A stretch of 56,171 nt of DNA from a virus (taxonomy: Duplodnaviria > Caudoviricetes): positions 1 through 56,171 of IMG/VR virus record IMGVR_UViG_3300049489_000406; one strand, written 5' to 3'. The notes beneath the pieces were generated by a model. It did not search any database. It saw nothing but the letters and a program-made list of their open reading frames with translations, and was not told the DNA's origin. The first letter of the stretch is position 1, and each line of letters opens with the position of its first letter. The position numbers and the translations under genes were made by a program. Shown here in pieces: positions 1 to 9,640 of the stretch.

Positions 1-22
1 GATGAAAACCTTGCTATTAAAT

Positions 23-141
23 AGGGGGTTCAAAAAGTTTTTTAAAACCTCTATTTTTAATAAATATATAATTAATAATATTTTTAAGGGAAATTATCAA
101 AAATTAAGATTTAAAACCTTTTAAAACTTTTTGAACCCCCT
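23..141. repeat. Perfect 19-bp inverted repeat around an AT-rich spacer; candidate replication origin
   Basis: AGGGGGTTCAAAAAGTTTT (23-41) and AAAACTTTTTGAACCCCCT (123-141) flank 81 bp of very AT-rich DNA just upstream of the primase-helicase. Confidence 0.6.
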
Positions 142-300
142 CAAATTCAATAATTTACATACTTATACCTTACTCCTTGGGTATTGAATTATTCTAAATA
201 AACTTATAATCTATTACATATATTTTTTACATCGTGATCGGTTGCAGTTAAAAAATCTGGGCGTACACTAAGAAATCAACAAACAATATAAGGTCTAAAC

Positions 301-2640
301 GTGGGAACACTAACGATAAGCCTGGGCAAGTGCCTGAATTCAAGCAGCGTAAAGTCTGTAGAATTTTCTAGCTTCTATGAGATTGTAGAATTTTTTAGAA
401 ACCCGATAAAAATAGAGCACACAATCGATCAATACCTGATAAAAACGAAAAAGGAAAGATCAGAAGTCAAATCAAAGATACCTTATTTTGTTGGGGCAGA
501 ATTCACAAAAGGGAAGAGAAGAGCCGCAGACATCAAGTCCCGCCAGTTTTTAACGATAGACTTCGATTACGCACACAAGAACTGGCGGGAAGTAATCACT
601 AAAAACCTGATGTGTGATTATCTCATAACTTCATCACTCAGCTACTCAGAATTTCACGATAGATACAAGCTACATCTAATTGTCCCACTCGATCAGGGCA
701 TACAGTGTAAGGAAGTACTAAAAGAGACTGTCATAGAATTCTTAAACAGGATTAACTGCCCCCTCGATTGGATAGATGATTCCGCCTCGCTTGACATGTC
801 AAGAGCGTTTTTAATGCCGATTGTGCTGTCCGGTGGGATGTTCATACACGAATTTAAAACTAACGGGATACCGTTCAACGTTAAAAACACAACACAGAAC
901 GTTTCAACAATAAAGCTGCGAATGTTGCCGAGCAAGATGGATGGAATAAAGGGCGCTTATTGTCGCTTGTACAACGCCCGCGAAGTCTTTGAACGCTACG
1001 CAGAACAGTACGGGTACGCTACGGGCACAAACGGGCGCTACACGTACATCAACGGCACCTCGTCAGATGGCATAACTTTTTATGATAACGATGAGTTTTT
1101 AAGCTCATTTCATTCGACAGACCCTCTAAGCGCTAAACCCCTTTGGTCGGCTTACGATCTCTATGTATTCTTTGAACATGGTGGGGACGAAGCGCAAGCG
1201 GATGTAGAGCTACATAGCATACCCTCAATAGCTGCATCAATCGCTAAAGATTATGAATGTACCCCTCCGTGCCTTATACCCATACAAGCAGATAACATGC
1301 GGCACGCTACTGAGATAATGAGCAGCCAAAAAGCACTCGAATTTTTACGTAAGCATATGTACGTATCCATCCAGTCCTCAAAACTCCACATTTTTTATGC
1401 TGTAACGCACAAAGACAGCAAAGATAGAGAGACCTTTACGCCGACTGTAAAGGACTGCGCTGATTTCTTCTCAAACATGACCCCTATCGAGCACCCGTAC
1501 AAGCGAAAAGAATATATGCACCCAGTTGAGTACTATGTTAAACACGACAGTCAAGCAAAGAAGGTTTACGGCGTGTACTTTGATCCTGATCCCGAAGCGC
1601 CCATAAGGACGGACAAGATTAATCTCTTCGATGGCTTTGAGTATTCGGATAACGGAGATGAATATGTAGAGCCTGGCGTGTTTATTGATTACGTAAACAC
1701 TGTTCTTGCAGCGGGCGATACCGCACTAGGCACGTGGATACTCGACTGGCTAGCGGACATCATACAAAACCCGCACGTAAAACCAGGCACGGCTTTGATC
1801 ATGTACAGCGCCGAGGAAGGGGTGGGCAAAAGCTCACTACATGAAAAAGTAATGAAACGAGTCTTGGGGCGGTATGCGTTTATGATCGATGGAGATACAT
1901 TAAAAAGCCAATTTACGGGTCATTTAAGCGAGCGTCTTTTGATTACGATAGATGACATCATGTACCAGGGCAGGGACATAGCCGACAGGCTAAAAACAAT
2001 GATAACGCGTGAATACGCACCGGTTCAGAAGAAGTATAAAGACATCTATGAACTTAAGGACTACGCGCGTATCATGATGACAGCTAATCACCCCAACGTT
2101 GTAACTATCAATGCCGACACGGGCAGCCGCAGGTACACAATAGCCGAGGTGTCACCGATCCACCTCAACGATAGAAATTATTGGAGCAGTTTTGACTATT
2201 TTTGTGAGCGTAACGCTAGAAATATCTTCACCTATTTGCTGCGGCGCAATATAACATCCAATCTCAGAGTAGCGTACATAACAAAAGCTTATAATGAGAT
2301 CAAAAAAGATTATGCAAATATAGCTGAGTGCTACATAAATGAGCTAATTAGCTCGGACGTTCATAGTTACGTCGAAAACGCTAATGTATCTGCTTTCGCG
2401 TATCAAAACGCGGGCATCTTTGGTGAGTATCTAATTGTCTCTAAGCAATACATCATTGAAGACATAAGAAGGCATTCGAACGAGAGAACAATGACAAGTA
2501 ACAGAGTCATGTCATTGCTGCGGCACACAAAGTTTTGCAGATCAGGTGCGATTGCAATCGATGACCCGCGCGGTGAACAGATACGACTTGATAAACAGCC
2601 TGCTGTGAGTTTTAAACTTAGTTTATTTAATCTATGTTGA
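301..2640 (+). CDS. Primase-helicase (N-terminal primase-like domain, C-terminal SF3/DUF5906-type helicase)
   Basis: N-terminal TIDFD and KLHLIVP motifs; Walker A EEGVGKS, Walker B ITIDD, MTAN motif C, SRRY arginine finger. Confidence 0.85.
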   Translation: MGTLTISLGKCLNSSSVKSVEFSSFYEIVEFFRNPIKIEHTIDQYLIKTKKERSEVKSKIPYFVGAEFTKGKRRAADIKSRQFLTIDFDYAHKNWREVITKNLMCDYLITSSLSYSEFHDRYKLHLIVPLDQGIQCKEVLKETVIEFLNRINCPLDWIDDSASLDMSRAFLMPIVLSGGMFIHEFKTNGIPFNVKNTTQNVSTIKLRMLPSKMDGIKGAYCRLYNAREVFERYAEQYGYATGTNGRYTYINGTSSDGITFYDNDEFLSSFHSTDPLSAKPLWSAYDLYVFFEHGGDEAQADVELHSIPSIAASIAKDYECTPPCLIPIQADNMRHATEIMSSQKALEFLRKHMYVSIQSSKLHIFYAVTHKDSKDRETFTPTVKDCADFFSNMTPIEHPYKRKEYMHPVEYYVKHDSQAKKVYGVYFDPDPEAPIRTDKINLFDGFEYSDNGDEYVEPGVFIDYVNTVLAAGDTALGTWILDWLADIIQNPHVKPGTALIMYSAEEGVGKSSLHEKVMKRVLGRYAFMIDGDTLKSQFTGHLSERLLITIDDIMYQGRDIADRLKTMITREYAPVQKKYKDIYELKDYARIMMTANHPNVVTINADTGSRRYTIAEVSPIHLNDRNYWSSFDYFCERNARNIFTYLLRRNITSNLRVAYITKAYNEIKKDYANIAECYINELISSDVHSYVENANVSAFAYQNAGIFGEYLIVSKQYIIEDIRRHSNERTMTSNRVMSLLRHTKFCRSGAIAIDDPRGEQIRLDKQPAVSFKLSLFNLC

Positions 2641-2665
2641 CTATTAACGTTTTAAGTGTTATAAT
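2637..2665 (+). promoter_or_regulatory. Sigma70-type promoter
   Basis: TTGACT-17 bp-TATAAT with extended -10 TG. Confidence 0.75.
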
Positions 2666-2696
2666 TGAATCACTACAAAAAAAAAATTTGTAAGCT

Positions 2697-2978
2697 ATGA
2701 ACGATATTCAAGACACGCTTAACAATAGACAAGACAGCTATGGACCATACGCAAATGTGTGTGCGCTCACACAAGCCTTCATGCGTATCGTTAACCGATC
2801 ACCAAACGGTAACGCTTTAAGTGATGTGCATGTTGAGTCTTTGCATATGATATTTTCCAAGATTTCAAGGCTACTGTCGGGCAATAGCAATCATCTTGAT
2901 ACAATACACGACATAGCAGGGTATGCAACACTGCTATACGATGACATCAGCAAAGGGGTAGAAAATGGGATCAAATAG
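2697..2978 (+). CDS. DUF6378-like phage protein
   Basis: RxxxYG near the N-terminus; KISR..G...H.D...DIAGYA at the C-terminus. Confidence 0.75.
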   Translation: MNDIQDTLNNRQDSYGPYANVCALTQAFMRIVNRSPNGNALSDVHVESLHMIFSKISRLLSGNSNHLDTIHDIAGYATLLYDDISKGVENGIK

Positions 2979-3189
2979 CCGAAAAAAGGTACCGTTACCA
3001 GTAATGGTAACGCCAGAAGTAAGGGACTTTTTTGTGAGTCAGACGGGCAAACTATGTCACGGCAGTGCAGCCGCTCACGTATTAAATGAGTATTGCGAAG
3101 AACTTGTAGAGGTCACTTTACAAGATGGCAGAAAGGCTTTAATCAAACGAATAGATGCATTTGACTATGAAACCAAAAAAGATAACTAG
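2965..3189 (+). CDS. Small RHH/BrnA-like DNA-binding protein
   Basis: KKVPLPVMVTPEVRDFF resembles a ribbon-helix-helix strand plus helix. Confidence 0.4.
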   Translation: MGSNSRKKVPLPVMVTPEVRDFFVSQTGKLCHGSAAAHVLNEYCEELVEVTLQDGRKALIKRIDAFDYETKKDN

Positions 3190-3385
3190 AGAGCCTGGGC
3201 GACCCCAGATGTGCGAGAGCGATAGGAAGATTCTTTTTAGCATAACAATAGATAAGCGCTATAAAGACTTTCTGATCAATTCTGGGCGTGGAGTAGCTGG
3301 CAAAGTACTAACGGCTTACTATCGCATTCACGCTAAAGAGATCAAGAAACAGCCGTATAGCAACATGCTAAAAGGTTCTATATAA
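3167..3385 (+). CDS. Small BrnA-antitoxin-like/RHH protein
   Basis: PGRP....RK..FSITID....DFL...GRG matches the BrnA-type pattern; start taken at MKPKK. Confidence 0.45.
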   Translation: MKPKKITREPGRPQMCESDRKILFSITIDKRYKDFLINSGRGVAGKVLTAYYRIHAKEIKKQPYSNMLKGSI

Positions 3386-3421
3386 GGCACTCACGTCTTA
3401 AGAATTCAAGAGTTTTTACAC

Positions 3422-3475
3422 CCCACGGTAACGTTAATATTTTAGCGTTAATGGGCTTCTTTTTGGCTTTTTTCA
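3422..3475 (+). terminator. Possible intrinsic terminator
   Basis: CCCA-TAACGTTAA-loop-TTAGCGTTA-TGGG stem followed by a T-rich tract. Confidence 0.35.
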
Positions 3476-3492
3476 ACGTAGGAGATTCTTAT

Positions 3493-3798
3493 ATGTTAAT
3501 GCCCGCAATTCAGAACATTATAGATGATTCAGTAGCATATTATCAAGACGCTAAGACTTTGGGGATAGAATTTATTGAAACTGTTCTTAAAGATTTTTTA
3601 GCAGAGCATGGTATGGGCGTTGAGATAAAAATAGCTATTAACAATTACACAGCTATGCGCAATGTCTGGGTGATACCTGTGCGTTCAAGTCTGGAACCTG
3701 TGCTACGGACTGACACGCTAAAAAGAATTGTCAGATTTTCAATTAAGCATGGGGTTGAAGTGGCTATGTCGGAAGGCTGTTTTATCATATCAATCTAG
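3493..3798 (+). CDS. Hypothetical protein
   Basis: ORF with AGGAG RBS upstream of ATG 3493. Confidence 0.7.
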   Translation: MLMPAIQNIIDDSVAYYQDAKTLGIEFIETVLKDFLAEHGMGVEIKIAINNYTAMRNVWVIPVRSSLEPVLRTDTLKRIVRFSIKHGVEVAMSEGCFIISI

Positions 3799-3808
3799 TG
3801 AGGTAAAA

Positions 3809-4843
3809 ATGATACATTCAGATTTTGCGCCATCCTCGGCTTACAGATGGACACAGTGCACGGCTACTGTTCGCATGTCCAAGCTTGTGCCAAAGCAGAA
3901 AGATACAATAGATGCAGAGCGCGGGCGTAACCTACACGCTGACATAATAAAGCCGCTAAAAGCTACTTTAGATAAAGCTATCTATCTCAGCGCGGTCGAT
4001 AGTAATATTGAGTTTGTCATTAACGCTGTAAAAGACTTAGTATCTAAAAAATATGAATACACTATGGAAGAGCGTGTAACATTAAATCGAGACATCTACG
4101 GTCACTGCGATCTATCTATCTATGACCGGTCTACACTTCACATCATAGATTACAAGTTTGGCGCTCAACCAGTCTATGCGCAAGATAATATGCAGCTTGG
4201 CATGTACGCACTTATGAAATTGCTGCAGCTTAAGAGAGAAGGCAGAGACTTCAAAACGGTAAAATTAGTCATTATTCAACCCGCGTTTTCTAAAGTGGAT
4301 ATTAATGTGTTAAATAAAGATAAGAGTTCACCCTTCACAGGATTTAACTTTCTTGATGAAGTGTACGCAAAAGTAATAGCCTCATATAAAGAGATATTAA
4401 CAACGCCAGGCAGGTTCAACCCGTCTAATGAAACTTGTCACATGTGCCCTGCTCGTGCGCACTGTGATGCGTTTGCAGCATTTGCACTAAAGCATCATAA
4501 AAAGGATTTCCTAAGTTATGAAGAAAAACTTGAGATAATCAAGAACAAAGCCGCGACTTCTACACTCATACGAGGCATTGAAGAGTATATAATAGATAGA
4601 GCACTTAAGAATGAAGCCCCTGGGATCAGACTTGAACCTGGGCTTAGTAAAAGAAAGTGGGGTAATGTAGATGAAGTTAAAAAAATCCTCGGCGATGCGG
4701 TCACTTCGCAATCGATTCTCTCAGTTTCAGACGTTGAAAAAAAGATCGGCAAAGAAGAATTTAAAAGACTTAAACTCAGCAAACACGTAGTAAGAGAGCC
4801 TACAAGCAGTAAAATAGTGTTTATTGAAGATGATTACTCATAA
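3809..4843 (+). CDS. DUF2800 / Cas4-like PD-(D/E)xK exonuclease
   Basis: HSxFAPSSAxRWxxC; GxCD...IIDYKFG; N.QL..YA; C-terminal CxxCxxxxxC; GAGGT RBS. Confidence 0.9.
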   Translation: MIHSDFAPSSAYRWTQCTATVRMSKLVPKQKDTIDAERGRNLHADIIKPLKATLDKAIYLSAVDSNIEFVINAVKDLVSKKYEYTMEERVTLNRDIYGHCDLSIYDRSTLHIIDYKFGAQPVYAQDNMQLGMYALMKLLQLKREGRDFKTVKLVIIQPAFSKVDINVLNKDKSSPFTGFNFLDEVYAKVIASYKEILTTPGRFNPSNETCHMCPARAHCDAFAAFALKHHKKDFLSYEEKLEIIKNKAATSTLIRGIEEYIIDRALKNEAPGIRLEPGLSKRKWGNVDEVKKILGDAVTSQSILSVSDVEKKIGKEEFKRLKLSKHVVREPTSSKIVFIEDDYS

Positions 4844-4856
4844 TTTAAAATATACG

Positions 4857-4885
4857 TTGACATACATAGACTTATATACTATAAT
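4857..4885 (+). promoter_or_regulatory. Consensus sigma70 promoter for the ssb operon
   Basis: TTGACA-17 bp-TATAAT. Confidence 0.9.
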
Positions 4886-4890
4886 ATATC

Positions 4891-4955
4891 TGTAGCGCTG
4901 ATCTCCAAATCAGTTAAAGCGTACTTTTTCGCTAGGGTTTTAGTACGCCGCTACA
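4891..4955 (+). ncRNA. Structured 5' leader (three-way junction) upstream of ssb
   Basis: Outer stem TGTAGCG/CGCTACA encloses hairpins CTGAT/ATCAG and GCGTACT/AGTACGC; begins at the expected transcription start. Confidence 0.65.
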
Positions 4956-4986
4956 CTCAACAATCAAACGATAAAAAGAGGTAAAC

Positions 4987-5673
4987 ATGTCAAGTACACC
5001 AGGTAAAGTTACGATTTACGGCAGACTTTTAAGCAACCCACTCAAACTGTCAGAAGTGCAGGGGGCATTTGATGACTCCGGTCGACAGGTAAAAGCCTAT
5101 AAAACACTTATCATTCTTGACGACATTCCCAAGTGTTCAGTATCGGCAGAAAATGAGCTTAAAAAGCTGCTGAACGCCAGAGAATCCGCGCTACTTGCTA
5201 AGTTCAATGGCAAAGTGCCAAAAGAGGTCGAAAAAAGCAACGAGTTTCAGCTTTCACTTAAAAGAATCCCAAATTTCGGAGAGGATGACGAGTATCCGCT
5301 ATCTTTAAATAAGCATTATATTAACAAAGCAATTAGGGAATACCCAGATAAGCTAAATCCTAACAGGGTCAATCCACCGCCTACATGTTACTTAAAGCGC
5401 AACGGCGCGTTAATACTCTTGCGCGATCAGGAGCTTGTAGATCACATCTACCCTGGTGCGTATGTGGGCGTATCGCTCACTATCTTCGTAATGACTAAAG
5501 AAGAAGCAATACTTAAAAAATTAGGCTCGGCTCCATTCATGGGCGTAAGCATCAATAGTATGATGTTTTTAACCCACGGTGAGAAACTGAGCAGCAAAGA
5601 AACATCAGCTAGTGACTTCGACAAAGAGTCAGAAGTTGATGAGGATATTGCTAATTCAGATTTTGATGTATAG
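4987..5673 (+). CDS. DUF2815-family single-stranded DNA-binding protein
   Basis: IYPGAYV and GVS.N..MF..HGEKL motifs; acidic tail ending DFDV; lies between DUF2800 and polA. Confidence 0.85.
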   Translation: MSSTPGKVTIYGRLLSNPLKLSEVQGAFDDSGRQVKAYKTLIILDDIPKCSVSAENELKKLLNARESALLAKFNGKVPKEVEKSNEFQLSLKRIPNFGEDDEYPLSLNKHYINKAIREYPDKLNPNRVNPPPTCYLKRNGALILLRDQELVDHIYPGAYVGVSLTIFVMTKEEAILKKLGSAPFMGVSINSMMFLTHGEKLSSKETSASDFDKESEVDEDIANSDFDV

Positions 5674-5718
5674 TTAATCGCTTGGGGGTAAGGGGTTAAT
5701 AAAATAAAGAGGTTGAAC

Positions 5719-5925
5719 ATGAAGGAGACTTTTTTGCATGCGCATAAAACAATCATCTCTGTTATCATTATTATTGCAGTGCTCGGGGCATTCGCGCCGC
5801 ACTTCTTTACGATAAAAACAGTCTGGGCGATTGTCTTTCTGGTCGTTACTGGCATTATCGGTACTTTCTTAAGTCATCAAATGACTAAGACACAGCAGCC
5901 TATGACACCAACAAAGCAGCCGTAA
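5719..5925 (+). CDS. Small two-TM membrane protein
   Basis: Two hydrophobic segments; GAGG RBS; TAATG overlap with the polymerase. Confidence 0.65.
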   Translation: MKETFLHAHKTIISVIIIIAVLGAFAPHFFTIKTVWAIVFLVVTGIIGTFLSHQMTKTQQPMTPTKQP

Positions 5926-8000
5926 TGTATGAAATATCTATCGACTTTGAAACGTATAGCGAGGTCGACTTAGAAAAACAAGGAGTGTACGCCTATGCAC
6001 AACACCCAAGCACTGAGATTTTGTGTTGTGCATATGCAATAAACAATGACAAAATTCAAGTGTATCGGTGCGACTCACAAGAAGTACCTAGAGATTTGCT
6101 AGACGCTATATCAGCAGGCGCTAAGATACGGGCATGGAATGCTAATTTTGAACGACTTATCTGGCAATACGTTGCAGTAAAAAAGCTAGGCTGGGGCGTT
6201 GTCAACATCACTCAGTGGATAGATGACATGGCAGTTTCTGCATATTGCGGCTTCCCGCTCTCATTAGAGAAATGCGCAAACATGTTAAAGCTTGATGCGC
6301 GTAAAGACAAACGTGGTAAAGAGCTAATATCTAAATTCTGCAAGAAAAGAACACTACCGCAGGATGACACGCATGGGTTCAATGACCTTGTGAGTTATTG
6401 CATACAAGACGTTAAAGTGCAGCAATCAATCGTTGCAGCGCTCCCGCGCAGAGATTTGCCGGAGGCGTATCAAAAAGTCTGGGTGTCAACGCAGAAACTT
6501 AACGATCGCGGGATACGAATAGACGTTAACTCTGTTAAGAACGCCCTGCCAGCCTATGACACCTACATTGCTGCATTGCAGAATAGACTGCAAGAAATCA
6601 CACAAGGCAAGGTGAAGACAGGCAAACAGGTTGCAAAAATTTTAGAGTTTATAAACGATTCTGGCTGTGATCTTGATGACTTACAGAAGAATACGTTAAA
6701 ATCGTTTAGCTCAAACGATCCTCTTGTTAGCGAGATAATATCGATAAGACAAGATACCGCATTATCCAGTATATCAAAATACAAGAAAATGTTGCAATGC
6801 CACATAGCTGGTAAATTGCATGGTACACTTCAATTTTTTGGAGCTACGCGCACCGGCAGATTCACAGGCAGGCTTGTGCAGCTTCAAAATCTACCCAGGG
6901 CGTCGGTCGCGGATAACGTCATTGATGCATTGCAGCATAACCGCACATCTGAGCTTAACAGCTTTGGGAAATTAAGCACGACACTTAAGAATGCCCTGCG
7001 CCAGATGCTGATAGCTGATGGCGTCTACGCAATAAGTGATTACGCTAACATTGAGCCGCGCATAATCGCATGGCTCGCTGATGATCATGATACGTTAATA
7101 TCTTATGTGCGTGAAGACGATCAGTATCTGCGTATGGCGGCGTCTATCTTCAATGATGACTTAGACGTGCTGATTAATGAGTACACCAAAAGGACTCCCG
7201 AAGCGCAGCATAAACGGCTCATAGGCAAGATAACAGTGCTCGGCTGCGGATACGGGATGGGCGCTGCTAAGTTCTTATCGATGGCTAACACTGAATATAG
7301 ACTCGGCATGGACGAGAACACGGCGCTACGATGTATACAGGCGTACCGAAAAGAGAAATACAAGGTTCCAGAGCTTTGGGCGCAATTAGAGAAAGCTGCT
7401 AAAAGCGCCACAGCTTTTAAAGGCAGGGTGTTTAAAGTGGGCAGGGTATCGTTCTGTCACACTAAATGGCATCTCTTCTGCAAACTTCCTAGTGGTAGAA
7501 ACCTCTGCTACCCATACGCTCGCCTTGGCAACGTTTGGATTACCGAAGACGCTAAAAAGTTGGTACTACCAATAGGGGCGGTACCCATGAACGCTAAGAT
7601 CAAAAGCAAAGAACCTGTCATCATATTTAAAGAGGTACCGGATGACGAGCACGTTGTGCGTTGGTCAAGCATATGGGGTGGTACTTTTCTTGAGAACATA
7701 AGTCAGGCTATAGCTGCTGACGTCTTGCAGTTCGCGCTTTTGCGGCTTGATGATGAAGGTATGAGGACTGTGCTACATGTGCATGATGAGATTGTCTGCG
7801 ACGTTGATGATACTAACGCTAGAGGGCATGCGAGTGCTAGCAATATGTGTATGGCGGAAAACAGTTACACACTAGACTTGCCGCAGCGCACAAAATCAAG
7901 TCTTGACACACTTAATCTACTAATGATAACACCTTGTGACTGGTCGAAAGATTTACCTCTTAAAGTTGAGGGTTTTTATTCCAAGAGATACAGGAAATAG
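5925..8000 (+). CDS. Family A DNA polymerase with 3'-5' exonuclease (APSE/SPO2-like)
   Basis: IDFETYS exonuclease motif; TGRF.G...QLQNLPR; DYANIEPR; GK...LG.GYGMG; VHDE. Confidence 0.95.
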   Translation: MYEISIDFETYSEVDLEKQGVYAYAQHPSTEILCCAYAINNDKIQVYRCDSQEVPRDLLDAISAGAKIRAWNANFERLIWQYVAVKKLGWGVVNITQWIDDMAVSAYCGFPLSLEKCANMLKLDARKDKRGKELISKFCKKRTLPQDDTHGFNDLVSYCIQDVKVQQSIVAALPRRDLPEAYQKVWVSTQKLNDRGIRIDVNSVKNALPAYDTYIAALQNRLQEITQGKVKTGKQVAKILEFINDSGCDLDDLQKNTLKSFSSNDPLVSEIISIRQDTALSSISKYKKMLQCHIAGKLHGTLQFFGATRTGRFTGRLVQLQNLPRASVADNVIDALQHNRTSELNSFGKLSTTLKNALRQMLIADGVYAISDYANIEPRIIAWLADDHDTLISYVREDDQYLRMAASIFNDDLDVLINEYTKRTPEAQHKRLIGKITVLGCGYGMGAAKFLSMANTEYRLGMDENTALRCIQAYRKEKYKVPELWAQLEKAAKSATAFKGRVFKVGRVSFCHTKWHLFCKLPSGRNLCYPYARLGNVWITEDAKKLVLPIGAVPMNAKIKSKEPVIIFKEVPDDEHVVRWSSIWGGTFLENISQAIAADVLQFALLRLDDEGMRTVLHVHDEIVCDVDDTNARGHASASNMCMAENSYTLDLPQRTKSSLDTLNLLMITPCDWSKDLPLKVEGFYSKRYRK

Positions 8001-8004
8001 ACGT

Positions 8005-8298
8005 ATGCGTGAAACATTAATAGAGCAGTATCTTAAAAAGCGAATTAAAGAAATTGGTGGGAAAGCCCTTAAGTTTGTCTCCCCTGGGCATTCGGGCGTT
8101 CCAGATCGCATATGCTTGCTACCACTGGGCGGTTTTGTATTCGTAGAAGCTAAATCACCCACAGGCAAAACGTCAGCACTCCAAGAGGTAACATTTAAAG
8201 AGTTTGAACGCTTGGGGCATTTTGTACATATAGTGCGATCTAAAGCTGATGTAGATTTCTTAGTAAGTGTGCTGAAAGACGCGTTAAATGATATTTAA
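8005..8298 (+). CDS. VRR-NUC domain nuclease
   Basis: MRE..IE; KFVSPG..GVPDR; FVEAK...LQ. Confidence 0.92.
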   Translation: MRETLIEQYLKKRIKEIGGKALKFVSPGHSGVPDRICLLPLGGFVFVEAKSPTGKTSALQEVTFKEFERLGHFVHIVRSKADVDFLVSVLKDALNDI

Positions 8299-9640
8299 GC
8301 CCCACGACTATCAAGAAGATGCGCTTATCAGGCTTGAGAAGTGCCAAAGATTAGCCTTGTGGCTGCCAATGGGCGCGGGTAAAACGTCTATAATGCTTCA
8401 TCACATTGCTGCATTGCAAAAAAGGTTTTTAATCGTAGCTCCTACGTCTGTTATGTCTAGCACCTGGCAGAATGAAGCTTTAAAGTTTGACACTTTAAAG
8501 CATTTAACTTTTGAAACACTTCACGGAAAAGATAAAGAGCATCTGTATCTTAACTCTAAAGCTTCATGCTTCTTAATCAATTATGAAGGACTGCCCTGGC
8601 TGTACGATACAATCAAAAAACATAAAAAGATACGATTCAGGGGCATGGTGTTTGACGAGTCCAGCGCGTTGAAATCCCCATCTACCGTGCGTTTTAAAAA
8701 GGTAAGACACTTAGCAGCTAAAGTTGACTACGTATATCTCTTGAGTGCTACCCCCGCGCCAAACTCCGCGCTTGATCTATGGTCGCAATACTATCTGCTC
8801 GATCAGGGCTTGCGACTTGGTAAGTCATTCAGAAACTATAGAGATAAGTACTTTAACGAGCAGGGTTACACTTTTAAAAAGTACACAATCAAACCTGGTG
8901 CATGGGAAGAGATTACATCTGCTGTCGCGGATGTAACATTTAGAATTGACGACTCTCAGCTTACTACAAAGAATAATCTCAACACGGTAAAAGTAGCCTT
9001 TAAGCTTACTCAAAGTGTGAAAGAACACTATGACGAGTTAAAAGATAAGTTAGTGCTTGAGCTTAGAGACACATTGATCACAGCAGTTAACTCTGCCGTA
9101 CTCACATCAAAACTCAGGCAATTCGTATCCGGGTTTCTCTATGACGATGGTGCAGCGCCGCATAAAATCCATGATCTTAGGTATCAAAGGCTTGTAAAAC
9201 TTTTAGGCGGTGAATTATCAGATAAGAACACGCTCATAGCCTACAATTTCAAGTATGAGCTTGCCGCATTGCAGCATTTTATCCCTGATTTAGTGCATCT
9301 GGACTCTCGGCATATGGACAGAAACTCAATTATTGAAGCGTGGAATGCCGGAAAAATAAGGTATTTAGCGTGCAACCCTGCTAGCGTATCCCACGGTTTA
9401 AATCTGCAAGCAGGTGGGCATACTATTGTCTGGCTGAGTCTCACGTTCAGTTTAGAGAAATATCAGCAGCTTATAGGAAGGCTTAACAGACAAGGACAGT
9501 TGCACTCGGTTACTAACTATGTACTCGTCGCCAGTAACACTATAGATGATTACATATTCAGAGCTTTGATAAGCAAAAAGAACGTTCAGGATGTCTTTTT
9601 AAATTTTTTATACGATCTTCAAAAAAACTATTTACATTAG
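8288..9640 (+). CDS. SNF2-like superfamily 2 helicase
   Basis: PHDYQ, MGAGKT, DESS, SATP, HGLNLQ, Q..GRL.RQGQ. Confidence 0.93.
   Translation: MIFKPHDYQEDALIRLEKCQRLALWLPMGAGKTSIMLHHIAALQKRFLIVAPTSVMSSTWQNEALKFDTLKHLTFETLHGKDKEHLYLNSKASCFLINYEGLPWLYDTIKKHKKIRFRGMVFDESSALKSPSTVRFKKVRHLAAKVDYVYLLSATPAPNSALDLWSQYYLLDQGLRLGKSFRNYRDKYFNEQGYTFKKYTIKPGAWEEITSAVADVTFRIDDSQLTTKNNLNTVKVAFKLTQSVKEHYDELKDKLVLELRDTLITAVNSAVLTSKLRQFVSGFLYDDGAAPHKIHDLRYQRLVKLLGGELSDKNTLIAYNFKYELAALQHFIPDLVHLDSRHMDRNSIIEAWNAGKIRYLACNPASVSHGLNLQAGGHTIVWLSLTFSLEKYQQLIGRLNRQGQLHSVTNYVLVASNTIDDYIFRALISKKNVQDVFLNFLYDLQKNYLH

Noticed and set aside
184-210. TTGAAT...TATAAT promoter for the primase gene
   Set aside because: The 15-bp spacer is suboptimal and such hexamers arise easily in AT-rich DNA
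3809-4843. Cas4 as evidence of a CRISPR system
   Set aside because: It is the usual DUF2800 nuclease of this replication module, with no array or other cas genes
4891-4955. tRNA or hammerhead ribozyme
   Set aside because: Only two internal arms, no TTC T-loop, and no CUGANGA/GAAA core
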